Assembly (NCBI GenBank): GCA_030295235.1
Contig: AP026141.1
Location: forward strand, 310,001 to 374,000
Length of the DNA: 64,000 nucleotides
Direction of reading: 5' to 3'
From: Fistulifera solaris
Lineage: Eukaryota
Position 1 is the stretch's first letter. Every line of letters starts with the position of its first letter. The notes beneath the pieces are model-generated. The model did no database searches. It saw only the letters and a program-made list of their open reading frames with translations, and had not been told where the DNA came from. The translations under genes and the position numbers were made by a program. This document shows positions 63,127 to 64,000 of this stretch, in pieces.

Positions 63127-64000
63127 ATGATGGATGCTTCCGACACGACAAAGCAGTCGGATGCAACTCCTGGATTGTGGCGACTTGCCTTTTGTGCTAC
63201 AGGGATCTGTGCTTGCTATCTATACTATGGACTCTTGTTTGAAAATCTCTTTCAGCCGGGAGAACACGCACTTGGTGCTACCTTTGTACTCATGACGCAA
63301 AAGTATTACAAACTCGATGGTAGCTTTTGGGTGGAAAAAGTTTAAAGACAGCTCCTCGGTCGCCTCTCCAGCGACGAAAGACGCCTTGCCGCATCGCTTT
63401 CTATTCGCAGCAACTGCCTGCTACGTTACCGCTATGGCGTGTAGTAATGAAGCGGTGCGATACGTTTCGTATCCCGTCGCTGTTTTGGCCAAATCTTGTA
63501 AACTGATTCCTACCATGGTCGTCGGACAGTTTGTCGAAGGTCGGCTATACAGTCAAACCGAGTGGATGGCGGCATTATCGATATCGGCCGGAATTGTTTT
63601 GTTTCATATGACGCGGATGGAAGTAGCAATCCATCATGATGATCAACCCAAACCAACCGCGACTTACGGCATGCTGTTGCTGTTCGTGAGTTTAACGGTA
63701 CGTGCCCAGCTGCATCGTAGTTAATAGTGCTTATCATAAAGACTCGACTCACGTTGTAGCTCCTGCAGATGGATGGTCTTTTAGCTTCGTGTCAGAACTT
63801 TCTCAAGAAAAAGAGACCCAATTTACGACCTCCCGATGCCATCGAGACGATGCTATGGATGAATCTATACGCGATTGTTTACTTGGTACCACTCACGGTA
63901 ATGTCCGGACAATTGGATATGGAAGCACTTCTATCTATGTGGTATAAGATTGCGGCGCTCAATATGACTGTAGCGGCGGGCCAAGTCTTTATTTTTCTTA
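63127..64000 (+). CDS. UAA-family nucleotide-sugar transporter (SLC35B1-like); runs off the right edge
   Basis: GICACYLYYGLLFE, SNEAVRYVSYPVAVLAKSCKLIPTM, |MDGL; slip near 63300 and intron near 63698. Confidence 0.85.

Noticed and set aside
62475..63146. 223-aa minus-strand ORF
   Set aside because: Spans the EAF6/transporter divergent spacer, overlaps both genes and has no recognisable features.

Overview
Gene-dense eukaryotic nuclear DNA, inferred to be from a diatom. Supporting signs are short GT-AG introns, a fucoxanthin-chlorophyll protein, many signal-peptide + 'A-F' bipartite plastid presequences and DUF6824-type proteins. About 30 protein genes are present, from a plastid ACCase (cut by the left edge) to a UAA sugar-nucleotide transporter (cut by the right edge). 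Many genes are broken by +/-1 slips, mostly in homopolymer runs; I read these as assembly errors, so the gene models were re-joined by hand and exon edges are approximate. Leading candidates for something undescribed: (1) a bacterial-type topoisomerase IA with a plastid-type presequence that continues into three HMG boxes; (2) three divergent Cys-rich AIM24-family genes within 4.5 kb; (3) a ~1 kb block bounded by a 14-bp direct repeat with a microsatellite tail. All family assignments come from motif recognition, not database searches.
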